The notes below the pieces were generated by a model. It was given only the letters and a program-made list of their open reading frames with translations. It was not told where the DNA came from and made no database searches. From IMG/VR virus record IMGVR_UViG_3300031951_000022, positions 32,001 to 96,000 of that record: a stretch of DNA of 64,000 nt; one strand, written 5' to 3'. Source of the DNA: a virus. How positions within the stretch are numbered: the first letter of the stretch is position 1; each line of letters begins with the position of its first letter. Shown here piece by piece: positions 22,850 to 31,561 of the stretch. Position numbers and translations under genes: made by a program.

Positions 22850-23068
22850 ATTATTATTTATCTCTATGAGAACCACTATCTTTCCTACTATCTCTCAAAT
22901 ACTTAGCCGCCTCTATCATCCAATATCCCATTTTTTCAATTTTATCTGCTTCTTTACCAGTAAGGTATGATGCAGTATGAATAAAAATATACTCTATCTT
23001 ACCTTTAGATACTATATCTAGTACCCCAACTGTACTATCAATAAATTGTTCTGGTTTTTTCATATCTA

Positions 23069-23140
23069 AGCCCACAGAGGGAATTGAACCCCCATCCGAT
23101 GATTACAAATCAACTGTAATAGCCATTATACTATGCGGGC
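23069..23140 (-). tRNA. tRNA-Thr(UGU)
   Basis: Anticodon loop UU-UGU-AA; acceptor GCCCGCA/UGUGGGC. Confidence 0.9.
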
Positions 23141-23174
23141 AGACTACATATCATACTCATTACGCCATGCTCTG

Positions 23175-23549
23175 TCAATATCTTGACGTGTACGCTGGCG
23201 TTTGGGTCTGTTGTCCATAAGCGTATCTCGGTGTTCGCGGTGGCCCGTTGGGAGTTCCCACTGGTGTTTGGTTTTGACCTTGATATTGCCGTACTTGCGG
23301 CGAGGACGCATATCGTCGTTGTTCTGGGGCGTAATCATACCATAATCCATCTTCGTGTTTATAAAAAACCTTATCTACGTTAGGGTCATACGCCATTAAG
23401 CAGTATTGTATAGGATAAATTACCTTTGTCAACTCTTTTTTTTCTTGCAGAGCTGGCAGTTTAATTTCACCCTTTTGATAATCTTTTACACCATTCCACA
23501 CAAAACCGATCAAAGCAATAGCTACGCCAATCCATTGTATCATACGTTC
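23175..23549 (-). CDS. hypothetical membrane-anchored protein; the overlapping 23144-23350 ORF is also plausible
   Basis: TM segment MIQWIGVAIALIGFVW. Confidence 0.5.
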   Translation of the reverse strand, partial: ERMIQWIGVAIALIGFVWNGVKDYQKGEIKLPALQEKKELTKVIYPIQYCLMAYDPNVDKVFYKHEDGLWYDYAPEQRRYASSPQVRQYQGQNQTPVGTPNGPPRTPRYAYGQQTQTPAYTSRY

Positions 23550-23620
23550 ATTCCATGTCAAGAGCCTTTTCCGTCCCATAGAAGAATTATCGGCCATCTC
23601 CTTTTCAATCTTTAGCTTTT

Positions 23621-23702
23621 CCTAAGTCTTTGCGGGGCAACAACTTACGGCAAATCGGGCCGGCCCGGCCACGCCTAAGTCCTTACGTGGCAACGGGTTA
23701 CG
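23621..23702. repeat. double-palindrome element copy 3
   Basis: 23621-23649 + 24 bp + 23674-23702. Confidence 0.9.
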
Positions 23703-23703
23703 A

Positions 23704-23937
23704 TCACTTTTCCATAGTCCACTTAGCCTTTTTCACAACCTTCTCTGTTTTATATACCTTAGTATCTGGTAATGCTGAAACATAGTCTTTAAATCCACGC
23801 TCATCTATATAAAAATACTCATCTAATATATCAAACTTATTAGTTTCCCATAAAGCGTCACACGCTGCCCCAAGAGGACTTTTATTAGTAGAATAAATAA
23901 GTTCTAAGGTGTTGCTCTTAATATAATACTTAGGCAT
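23704..23937 (-). CDS. hypothetical protein (likely start MPKYYIK)
   Basis: Start overlaps the stop of the kinase-like gene. Confidence 0.6.
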   Translation of the reverse strand: MPKYYIKSNTLELIYSTNKSPLGAACDALWETNKFDILDEYFYIDERGFKDYVSALPDTKVYKTEKVVKKAKWTMEK

Positions 23938-24541
23938 ACTCTGGTTCCTCATGTTGACCACAACAGGCTTCACAGTTACAGTATGTGTTCTCCGAACCCT
24001 CCCAACAAACTTCGGGCCAATCACTTTCGTCAACTGGTGTTAAACTTTCTCGCCCAAAATCAATAACCACCAATACTTTTTCTTTACCTCTTTTAACATA
24101 TCCTAAATTATTCTCATGGGCATCAGTATAAGAGATACCATTATCCTCCATGTCGTTCAACAAATCTTGTATAGCATAATAATTAGAACACAAATCATTA
24201 CAGGCACAATCTCCATCACAATCCATAACGTCTTTACAGACATAAGGCTTTGCAATTTCGGTCAAATATCCCCAGTCGCTCAATACCATTTCCGTAACTG
24301 TAATCATCTCACCCTTGTCATTCTGCTTAACAAAATAATTAGGTATTCTAATCCTACAAACAGGACTATAAACCCTTGGGGCCATATATGGAGCTAAATG
24401 ATCCTGAACAGCATGAGCAAAAGAGGCCAAGCTTTTATTAGGAAAACTTTTGAAGCCATAGCTTTTACCTTTTACCTTATAAAAAGCATTTTGGCTACCA
24501 GCGTCTTGATATTTTCCAACATAACTATATTTAGTAGGCAT
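23930..24541 (-). CDS. protein-kinase-like (ePK/APH fold) protein
   Basis: Gly loop AGSQNAFY, GFK (VAIK-like Lys), catalytic DAHENN, VIDFG. Confidence 0.72.
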   Translation of the reverse strand: MPTKYSYVGKYQDAGSQNAFYKVKGKSYGFKSFPNKSLASFAHAVQDHLAPYMAPRVYSPVCRIRIPNYFVKQNDKGEMITVTEMVLSDWGYLTEIAKPYVCKDVMDCDGDCACNDLCSNYYAIQDLLNDMEDNGISYTDAHENNLGYVKRGKEKVLVVIDFGRESLTPVDESDWPEVCWEGSENTYCNCEACCGQHEEPEYA

Positions 24542-24550
24542 GATATTCTC

Positions 24551-25264
24551 TTAGTGGGAGGGAAACAAGACATTAGCCAAACCACGCGGACACAAATCAC
24601 AATGTACACTATTTTTGGTTTTGGTGCAAGTCACGACACCTCGACCACGACGGATTTCTGGACAAGTAATAAACTTCTCACCCTCCAACACAACCAGCTT
24701 CGGCAGTGCTGCTCTCCATGCGTCGGCTTTAGCCTTACTGCGAGGACGCTTGGGAGCGATTTTAGTATCACTATCGCACCATGCAAAAAGTTTGAAACCA
24801 GCCTCTTTCGCTTGTTTCATATCTTCGCCATCGTGGATACTAGCATACATATTTATGTACTTGCCAAGTTCAGTAGACAGCCGAGTATCATAGATATGGG
24901 TATAAGCCCACATGGTCGGCAGACTACCACCACTAGCAAGAATACTCTCACAAGCCCACAATACATTATTGACATATTCATTGTCGAGTTGACCGTCTTT
25001 AAAAAAGTCGCCACGTTCATGCCAGCGAACATCTTTATTTTTCTTGACAGCATCTACGAGCATCGCACGGATACGATTTTTTTCCGTGATAAGATTTTGC
25101 ATAGCAGCAGGACGAACACCGGGATAGATATTTTCCAAATCCTCAGCATAGCATCCGTTCCCGAGAAAATCACAATCGGGAGGACAAGTATCGCCAACAG
25201 GACGACTCACTACGATACAGTTTTCCTTACCCAACTTATCGTTACCATTTGCCGTTTTCATCAT
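24551..25264 (-). CDS. gp88-like Cys-rich phage protein
   Basis: GN.KLG, TCP..C....CYA, VRWHERGDF, WAYTH, CP....C..C motifs. Confidence 0.6.
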   Translation of the reverse strand: MMKTANGNDKLGKENCIVVSRPVGDTCPPDCDFLGNGCYAEDLENIYPGVRPAAMQNLITEKNRIRAMLVDAVKKNKDVRWHERGDFFKDGQLDNEYVNNVLWACESILASGGSLPTMWAYTHIYDTRLSTELGKYINMYASIHDGEDMKQAKEAGFKLFAWCDSDTKIAPKRPRSKAKADAWRAALPKLVVLEGEKFITCPEIRRGRGVVTCTKTKNSVHCDLCPRGLANVLFPSH

Positions 25265-25344
25265 GCTTCTCCTAGCGTGTCTCTCGATTCTACACTATAT
25301 GATCGACAAGTCAAGAGAGAAACTTTAGCAGAGAAAAATTTAAG

Positions 25345-25426
25345 CGTAAGTCGTTGTGTGGCAAGCACTTACGTCAAGGCCGGCCGCCCGGATTTGCCCT
25401 AAGTCCTTATGCGTAAAGAACTTAGG
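25345..25426. repeat. double-palindrome element copy 4
   Basis: CGTAAGTCGTT-GTGTGGC-AAGCACTTACG + 24 bp + CCTAAGTCCTT-ATGCGTA-AAGAACTTAGG. Confidence 0.92.
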
Positions 25427-25481
25427 AGAAGCTCACAAGCTTTTAAGAATTGTTCGGTAGCTTCTGCGTGATTATTCATAA

Positions 25482-25553
25482 TAGCCCCAAGAGGAATCGA
25501 ACCTCTAATCACTGCTTAGAAGGCAGTTGTTATGTCCATTTAACTATGGGGCC
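25482..25553 (-). tRNA. tRNA-Arg(UCU)
   Basis: ACUGC-CUUCUAA-GCAGU. Confidence 0.92.
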
Positions 25554-25617
25554 ATAATACCGATAGCCGCCAGTATTACCAGCGGCGTATCGGATTATTA
25601 TAGCACAGGTGCTAGGT

Positions 25618-25878
25618 TCAGGCAACAGCCTCAACTTCCTCAATCTTACTGGTCTTAGCCTTGTGACCGTCACCGGCATCCTTCACACTGATACCAAAAA
25701 TCCGACTACGAGCAACCTTCCAACCCTGCTCCGAATAGTCCTTGATACCCTGAGCCTTTACCACCACCGGAGTCTCATCCGGCAGAGCATCGGCCAGAGC
25801 CGAACTGATCGTCTGCTCTACAACCTCATGGTCAAGAACTTCGCTGGCAACAGCAACCTCAAAACGATAAACGTGCAT
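25618..25878 (-). CDS. hypothetical protein (start MHVYRFEV)
   Basis: RBS GAAAGG and own TTGACA-N17-TAGAAT promoter at 25922-25950. Confidence 0.65.
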   Translation of the reverse strand: MHVYRFEVAVASEVLDHEVVEQTISSALADALPDETPVVVKAQGIKDYSEQGWKVARSRIFGISVKDAGDGHKAKTSKIEEVEAVA

Positions 25879-26076
25879 AATATAAACCCTTTCCAAAAGT
25901 GTTATCGAACCAAGTAAACCAATTCTACCTAATGAATCATCACTTGTCAAGGGCTAGGTTGAACATTATTTGTTGCGATCAACCAGCGTCTTGTCGTGTG
26001 ATGCTATCATTCTACAATAAGTATCGACACTGTCAAGTCCATTCGTGAATCATTTTTTCAGATTTGCGAAATTTGC

Positions 26077-26158
26077 TCTAAACCGTTGCAGCATAAGCAC
26101 TTACGTCGAATCCGGCCCCGCGGCCTCGCCCTAAGTTCTTTAGGAGCAAGGCTTTAGG
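26077..26158. repeat. double-palindrome element copy 5
   Basis: 26077-26105 + 24 bp + 26130-26158, abutting the stop codon at 26159. Confidence 0.9.
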
Positions 26159-26530
26159 TCAAGAAAGAAAACCCTCACAACCCAAGTCCCTCATTTCACG
26201 AAGAAGAAAAAGAGCCTTTTCAGGAGTATTCAGAGTGATGCTCTGCTTGGCATTTGGATTACCAGCAACATGCCTATCGCCCTGAAATCCACCAGTAAAA
26301 ACATCGGTCCAATCCTTGCTCTCTTTCAATCCCCAGCCAGTAGCGGCACGAATAGCCTTAATGCAAGGGATTCGGTTGTCAAGAGTCATACCACCAGTAA
26401 TGGTAACGGTCTTGTTCTGGTTCACACCAAGAGCAACCTCAAAAGCGGTTACGATCCGCTCATAGATTTCCAGATTGCAGTTCGTCGCAAGATTCATAGC
26501 CTCACGAACACTCAGTTCCAACTTAATCAT
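26159..26530 (-). CDS. ribosomal protein L7/L12 C-terminal-domain-like protein
   Basis: RIPCIKAIRAATGWGLKESKDWTD matches bL12 KI.VIK.VR..TGLGLKEAK..V. Confidence 0.75.
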   Translation of the reverse strand: MIKLELSVREAMNLATNCNLEIYERIVTAFEVALGVNQNKTVTITGGMTLDNRIPCIKAIRAATGWGLKESKDWTDVFTGGFQGDRHVAGNPNAKQSITLNTPEKALFLLREMRDLGCEGFLS

Positions 26531-27005
26531 ATATTCCAAAACTTTCTGTATATTTAGGTTCGATCTCGTAAATACCGTCAAAATTTCCATTTCGTTCTTC
26601 TAGGACATATACCTGTTTACCACCAGTAATCAAGGTATCATATTCACTATTGTCCCAAATAAACTCATTGTTATCGCTTTCTCGTCGCCAGTGTGGGTCA
26701 CGAAGTGGATTATAATACAGCTTTTCCAGATTGTCAACAGGCAAAATCGGATAAAAACTTTTTCTCAACATAAATTCTTCACATCTTACCCATCCACTCA
26801 CATCATGCACACCAGCCTCAAATACCTGTTTAGCCTTATTGGGTCTATTCCACAGTTTACAACCCCGCATTTCTAACTGATACTCAGCAGGGTCATAATA
26901 GTACACATCGACAGTTTTACCGCCTTGCTTCACTTTCACTTGCCAAAACTTATAGTTTGGCCCATTACTAAGGTGAAATCTAACTTCTGCATGAAGATTT
27001 TTCAT
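26523..27005 (-). CDS. hypothetical protein
   Basis: 160 aa ORF overlapping the next gene start. Confidence 0.7.
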   Translation of the reverse strand: MKNLHAEVRFHLSNGPNYKFWQVKVKQGGKTVDVYYYDPAEYQLEMRGCKLWNRPNKAKQVFEAGVHDVSGWVRCEEFMLRKSFYPILPVDNLEKLYYNPLRDPHWRRESDNNEFIWDNSEYDTLITGGKQVYVLEERNGNFDGIYEIEPKYTESFGIYD

Positions 27006-27070
27006 TGTCCATCACTTTATTGGTGTATACTGTAGTATAGTGCTTACCATCTTATCACAAGGAAAACCAT

Positions 27071-27535
27071 ATGTCAATACCAGAAACGAAAGTCTGTGCA
27101 AAATGCAAGATAGAAAAATCGGCTAATGAATATAGTATAGTTAAAACAAAAAGAGGTAAATATAATCCTCATTTAAGTAGCCGTTGTAAATTATGCAGAG
27201 CGGAGGACCAAACCAAACACCGCAAACCATACGATTCAGATTATGCTCTATCTTGGAAGTCTAAAAATCCGGATAAAGTTAAACAATACCAAAAAGATAT
27301 CTATCAAAAAAGAAAGTTACGTTGGGAAAACTTTATGAAAACACAAAAATGTAGTAGATGCGGCATATCTGATTATCGAGTCTTACAATGGCATCATATT
27401 GATCCATCAACTAAAACTATGACAATAGGCGCCCAAGCAAGACAAGGAAAATGGAATCAAATCATGGAAGAAGTCAAAAAATGTATTTGCGTCTGTGCTA
27501 ATTGTCATTTTATTCTTCATTCTGAAGAAAATTAA
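27071..27535 (+). CDS. HNH homing endonuclease
   Basis: CSRCG...LQWHHIDP...EVKKCICVCANCH. Confidence 0.87.
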   Translation: MSIPETKVCAKCKIEKSANEYSIVKTKRGKYNPHLSSRCKLCRAEDQTKHRKPYDSDYALSWKSKNPDKVKQYQKDIYQKRKLRWENFMKTQKCSRCGISDYRVLQWHHIDPSTKTMTIGAQARQGKWNQIMEEVKKCICVCANCHFILHSEEN

Positions 27536-27703
27536 TTATTTCCTACTTTTAGGATTATCAACAGCCTCTGCTAACTTTTCCCACAGATCCTCTACCAGTT
27601 GTTGATTACAGTCAACAGCTCTAAAAGGAACGTAATAAATAGCGTCCAAAAACTCATTGACAAGTTGTTTTAGTTCTTGGAGTTCAATACTTTCAGTTTT
27701 CAT
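27536..27703 (-). CDS. hypothetical protein
   Basis: RBS AAGGAG and promoter TTGACT-N16-TATAAT at 27723-27750. Confidence 0.6.
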   Translation of the reverse strand: MKTESIELQELKQLVNEFLDAIYYVPFRAVDCNQQLVEDLWEKLAEAVDNPKSRK

Positions 27704-27750
27704 CTTTCTCTCCTTTGTCACCATTATACCATTCTTTATCGGTAAGTCAA

Positions 27751-28352
27751 GTACCACCACACTGATAGTTTTACGAAGAATACGTGGTACTGTATTGTCT
27801 TCAACCTCAAGGTTTTACCTTATCTAAGGAAACTATCAGCAGAGTTGTAACCAGCGGAACTTTTTACGCCCCAGTTCCTATAACCCACCAATACCCCGAT
27901 ATTATGAACCCTTGGAGCAAGGTAAACACTGGTGGAAACCGCCCACGGAAACCTCCCTGTAACCGGATGAACTGCTAGCATCATGTTCCGGTTAGTCTGG
28001 CTCTTGGTGACGGTTACTGGTTGTATTGTATATGGCAACGTTTTTAGCCTATCACAGAGGATGGGAAGGGCGAACGTTTTTAATCCTAACCTATTATCTA
28101 GGAACCATAATAATCATCGTGGTGAGGATGCCATCCCCCATAGATTGGTACTTCTATCTAACGTATAACTCCGTTAGCAACCCCACGCTGCATAACAGCC
28201 GTAGGTTTATCGAAATAGGTTATCCCAATCTAGTCCCGCCGCATGGACCCACGAAAGTTTGTCATAGTACGCTAGGTTTAGTGCTGCTTCTCTATCCTAG
28301 CACGGCTTAGTATGATGTTATCTCTGGCACTTAACCGCTATGTTTGTATTGT
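27751..28352 (-). ncRNA. candidate large (~600 nt) structured ncRNA (ROOL/GOLLD-like size and context)
   Basis: No credible ORF; own TTGACA promoter at 28359-28386; many nested helices and a 3' pseudoknot. Confidence 0.65.
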
Positions 28353-28427
28353 GTCACCAATATAGCATACGTTCTTGGTTTGTCAAGCGTACAACACCGA
28401 ATGAATCGGATTTTCGTTGGTGACTAG

Positions 28428-28529
28428 GGGCGAAGGGTGGAATCGAACCACCTCATGGGCATTTGCTTGCCTACTCCACTGGTCAGTGTCTCGGAACTTC
28501 CCACACGCTACCATTACGCTACATTCGCC
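28428..28529 (-). ncRNA. tRNA-like RNA with a ~40 nt expanded anticodon loop
   Basis: Acceptor GGCGAA/UUCGCC, D loop AAUGGUA, stem GUGGG/CCCAU, T arm GGUGG-UUCGAUU-CCACC. Confidence 0.65.
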
Positions 28530-28589
28530 ATGTCTTACTCTATCATTCTACACTCTATTATCGGCTTGTCAAGAGGGTTTCTTGAATTT

Positions 28590-28796
28590 TTAGTTGGCAG
28601 ACGGAGACAAAACCTTTTCGGCCGTTTCCACAATATAATTCATCATCACCTTTTGCAAAACCTTTTCTGCCAAAAAAATAGCATTAGCCTTATCCATATT
28701 ACCCACACCTTGCATTTGAGCAATACTTACCACAGTTCCAGTAAACTCCATAATTTCTGCCAGAACCATATCGCTTTTAGTTGGTACAGCAATCAT
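28590..28796 (-). CDS. hypothetical protein
   Basis: RBS GAGGAG; promoter at 28816-28844. Confidence 0.65.
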   Translation of the reverse strand: MIAVPTKSDMVLAEIMEFTGTVVSIAQMQGVGNMDKANAIFLAEKVLQKVMMNYIVETAEKVLSPSAN

Positions 28797-28855
28797 GATT
28801 TTCTCCTCTATTAGGATTCTACACTATGAATTAATGCTTGTCAAGGGTACGCAAA

Positions 28856-28906
28856 TCTCGCTGACTAAATCCACCCAAGCCGAATCCGTAGGATTAGGAG
28901 AGACTA
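28856..28906. repeat. family-2 repeat copy 4
   Basis: tctcgctgacta..ccgaatccgtaggattaggagagacta. Confidence 0.82.
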
Positions 28907-29107
28907 GCAATCCGCTCTAGCCAAATGTCTTTACCATATTTTTCGCTAGCTTTCCTAGTCGCGTCAGTTTCGCTAAACGATACAACATAACCCACAAAGC
29001 GATTATGCTGAAAAACACGCCAAGTGTAACCGGCATAGCAGTTCATGGTTTTCATACCCTGATTCTACAGTATTATCGGCATTTGTCAATAGGAGTCTTT
29101 AATTTGT

Positions 29108-29189
29108 CGTAAGTTGTTGTGGAGCAAAGAGTTACGACGAATCCGGCCCGCCGCCCTAGTCCTAAGTGCTGCCGTAGCAACGACTTAGG
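29108..29189. repeat. double-palindrome element copy 6
   Basis: 29108-29136 + 24 bp + 29161-29189. Confidence 0.9.
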
Positions 29190-29220
29190 AGAAGGGTTTT
29201 TGGTTTTAGTGTACTAGTGT

Positions 29221-29628
29221 TCAGAGCATAGCCGCAACTGCATTGCGGAAGAGTCGGTTGGTGAACACACACCTACGCACGTTCTTAGTACGCTCTGCAT
29301 AGAAGTTGCGAATACTACCGTCAACCATTTCACACGTTACAAGATGCTTAGTACGCTTGAAATTAGGATCATTAACACGGTAATTACTACGAGCATTAAG
29401 CCTCTTAATCTGGTAGTCATCCATAGTATAAACAGGCTCAATAACCCTAGCAAGAATACGCTCAGGCTCACCATGATAAGGCTGCTCATATTCAAAGTTA
29501 TAAACTTCTCCAACCTTAGCATTGGTAAGCGAACCATGTACGCCACGAACAATATTATACGCCAGAGCAAGCAAAGCAATGACACCAACCACACCAGCAC
29601 CAATCATCACAATCGTTTCATTCGACAT
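29221..29628 (-). CDS. membrane-anchored hypothetical protein
   Basis: N-terminal TM; own dual promoter at 29668-29708. Confidence 0.65.
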   Translation of the reverse strand: MSNETIVMIGAGVVGVIALLALAYNIVRGVHGSLTNAKVGEVYNFEYEQPYHGEPERILARVIEPVYTMDDYQIKRLNARSNYRVNDPNFKRTKHLVTCEMVDGSIRNFYAERTKNVRRCVFTNRLFRNAVAAML

Positions 29629-29692
29629 AAAAACCCTTTCTTTAGAAGACAAACCCTCAATGACTCAAGTCTATACCATATATCGGCAGTTG

Positions 29693-29956
29693 TCAAGCGT
29701 GAACTTTACCAAAATTCTCAACCCAAAATTCTTGCATTTCATACAGGTTGACGCCCGTATCATGCCAAGAAATTCGGTCAGGAGTTTCGATACCAATCTT
29801 TCCATGCTTGCAAACCTCACGAATTTCATTCTTGAAAGTGTCGTAAGAATCACACTGGGCCGCAAATCTATTTAGACCTTCATCATTTGATATCCACAAA
29901 CAGACATTCCATGTGGCATAATTAGCATAACCGTTGTAAGTGCCATCAGGACTCAT
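29693..29956 (-). CDS. conserved phage hypothetical protein
   Basis: YNGYANYATWNVCLWISNDEGL motif, frequent in phage early regions. Confidence 0.7.
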   Translation of the reverse strand: MSPDGTYNGYANYATWNVCLWISNDEGLNRFAAQCDSYDTFKNEIREVCKHGKIGIETPDRISWHDTGVNLYEMQEFWVENFGKVHA

Positions 29957-30041
29957 GATTAACCCTTTCGTTAGGTGACACCCTAAGCATACCATATAGA
30001 TCGGCTAATGCAAGGGCTAATCTTGAAAAAATTTTTTTAGA

Positions 30042-30123
30042 CGTAAATCCTTGTGGCATAAGTACTTACGTCGAGCTGGGCGGCGCGGCCTCGCCCTAAG
30101 TCCTTTAGTGGCAAGGCTTTACG
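30042..30123. repeat. double-palindrome element copy 7
   Basis: 30042-30070 + 24 bp + 30095-30123. Confidence 0.9.
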
Positions 30124-30130
30124 CTCAATT

Positions 30131-30363
30131 TCACTCAAAGTCTACGAAAATTACTTGATTGTAACCCCGCGGCTTAATAGTGAGACTGTCACCATAATCG
30201 TAAGTATCACTCTTAACGCCAGTCATACCAGCCGCAAGCTTAGCCTTTCGCACAATATTACGTTGTGATGCCTCAGAGTTAATAGCAAACTCATAACGGT
30301 TAGCCCAAGAGTAATTAGCTTCACCACCAAAAGTATCGGTCTGCGTAACGGTAACCTTCATCA
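30131..30363 (-). CDS. conserved phage hypothetical protein
   Basis: TDTFGGEANYSW motif; start position approximate. Confidence 0.65.
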
Positions 30364-30417
30364 TCTTATTATTCCTATTAGAGAAAAAAGTATCGATCCA
30401 ATTTTTAATGTCTTTAC

Positions 30418-30705
30418 TCATTCACCTCCATAATAGTCTTCATACATTGGGGTGTCATCCCCGTAATATCCATAGTCTTCATCTGTACCCCAACCAACAG
30501 ACTCCATAGCCGAATCGTGGTCGCCATCCATGCTATCATCATACTCATCTGCGTCATCCATAGCCCTATCTGTCCACCAATTTTCATCCTCATGACCATC
30601 ATACAGGTACTCGGCAAAAAGAATATCGCTAGGATCATGCTCAACAATCATATCATCATCCTCGTAAGAGTTATCGGGATCGAAAAGGGGGTCAGGGTGA
30701 CTCAT
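30418..30705 (-). CDS. extremely acidic protein (DNA-mimic candidate)
   Basis: About one third D/E, no Lys, one Arg; RBS AGGAG. Confidence 0.7.
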   Translation of the reverse strand: MSHPDPLFDPDNSYEDDDMIVEHDPSDILFAEYLYDGHEDENWWTDRAMDDADEYDDSMDGDHDSAMESVGWGTDEDYGYYGDDTPMYEDYYGGE

Positions 30706-30718
30706 GACTTTCTCCTAT

Positions 30719-30907
30719 TTAAGAAACATACCATACTTCGCCGTTCTCGTCAACCATCTCTTGCGGCTCTGGATACATTTCTTCCCAAAGCCCCGTCACT
30801 TCCGCATAGTCGAAAGGATCGCAGTTCGGTTCGTCAATCGGCTCGACCATACCCTCGTCAACCATTCCGTTCAGGATCGCGTTGATTTCATCAAAATCGT
30901 TCAGCAT
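30719..30907 (-). CDS. acidic hypothetical protein (start MLNDFDEIN)
   Basis: RBS GGGAG and dual promoter at 30933-30972. Confidence 0.6.
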   Translation of the reverse strand: MLNDFDEINAILNGMVDEGMVEPIDEPNCDPFDYAEVTGLWEEMYPEPQEMVDENGEVWYVS

Positions 30908-31043
30908 GATCTTTCTCCCTTGTGATGCTTTCATTCTACAGTATTTATCGACCAATGCAAGCGAAATCTTTGGAAAAAAGAAAATATAATTCCATGCCAA
31001 ATGAAGAAAATTCTTTCGGCACAGCATTTGCGTTGAAACTCGC

Positions 31044-31125
31044 CCTAAGTGCTTACGCCACAACAACTTACGTCAAGCCGGGCGGGCCGCGTTCGCCCTA
31101 AGTCCTTATGCTGCAAGCACTTAGG
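31044..31125. repeat. double-palindrome element copy 8
   Basis: 31044-31072 + 24 bp + 31097-31125. Confidence 0.92.
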
Positions 31126-31138
31126 TTAAGAATTAACT

Positions 31139-31561
31139 TCATTTCTTTCTTGCAGGAAAAACCAAATTAGACAATAATGATACTATCTCTTCATTAACAA
31201 AGCCAATAATAAATGCCACAAATACCCACACCCAGTTTATATCGTCTAACATCTGTGTAAGCCTTTAGTTTAGAAGTACAGCAAAAATCAGACCGAAAGC
31301 AAAAGCCATGCCGAATATAATAAATTCCTTACGCATATTACCTTTTCTTCCTAATAGGATAAACCAGATCAGCCACCACCCACGAACTACCCACACCAAT
31401 TATAAAACCAAGGCCCATCCATAGCCATTCTACATTTAGATTATCTAACATCCATGTATTCCTTTGTTTTAGAGCTTATCCCCCATATCTAAAATAGCCA
31501 GAGCAATACCGCCCACAACTATAATAGAAAACATATACAATAAAAAGGTCAAAATTATCAT
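31139..31561 (-). CDS. four tandem tiny single-TM peptides (31139-31252, 31265-31336, 31338-31451, 31469-31561)
   Basis: Manual translation; 23-37 aa hydrophobic ORFs, two of them paralogous. Confidence 0.6.

Noticed and set aside
24398-25402. 334 aa plus-strand ORF
   Set aside because: Antisense shadow of the gp88-like and kinase genes, and it runs through a promoter and a repeat.
27784-28310. Short ORFs on both strands (27784-27978, 27820-28038, 27983-28168, 28026-28310)
   Set aside because: Mutually overlapping, lacking RBS and atypical in composition; better explained by structured RNA.
17587-28906. Family-2 repeat as a hammerhead ribozyme
   Set aside because: CUGACUA and CGAAU deviate from the required CUGANGA/GAAA core, and stem II is absent.
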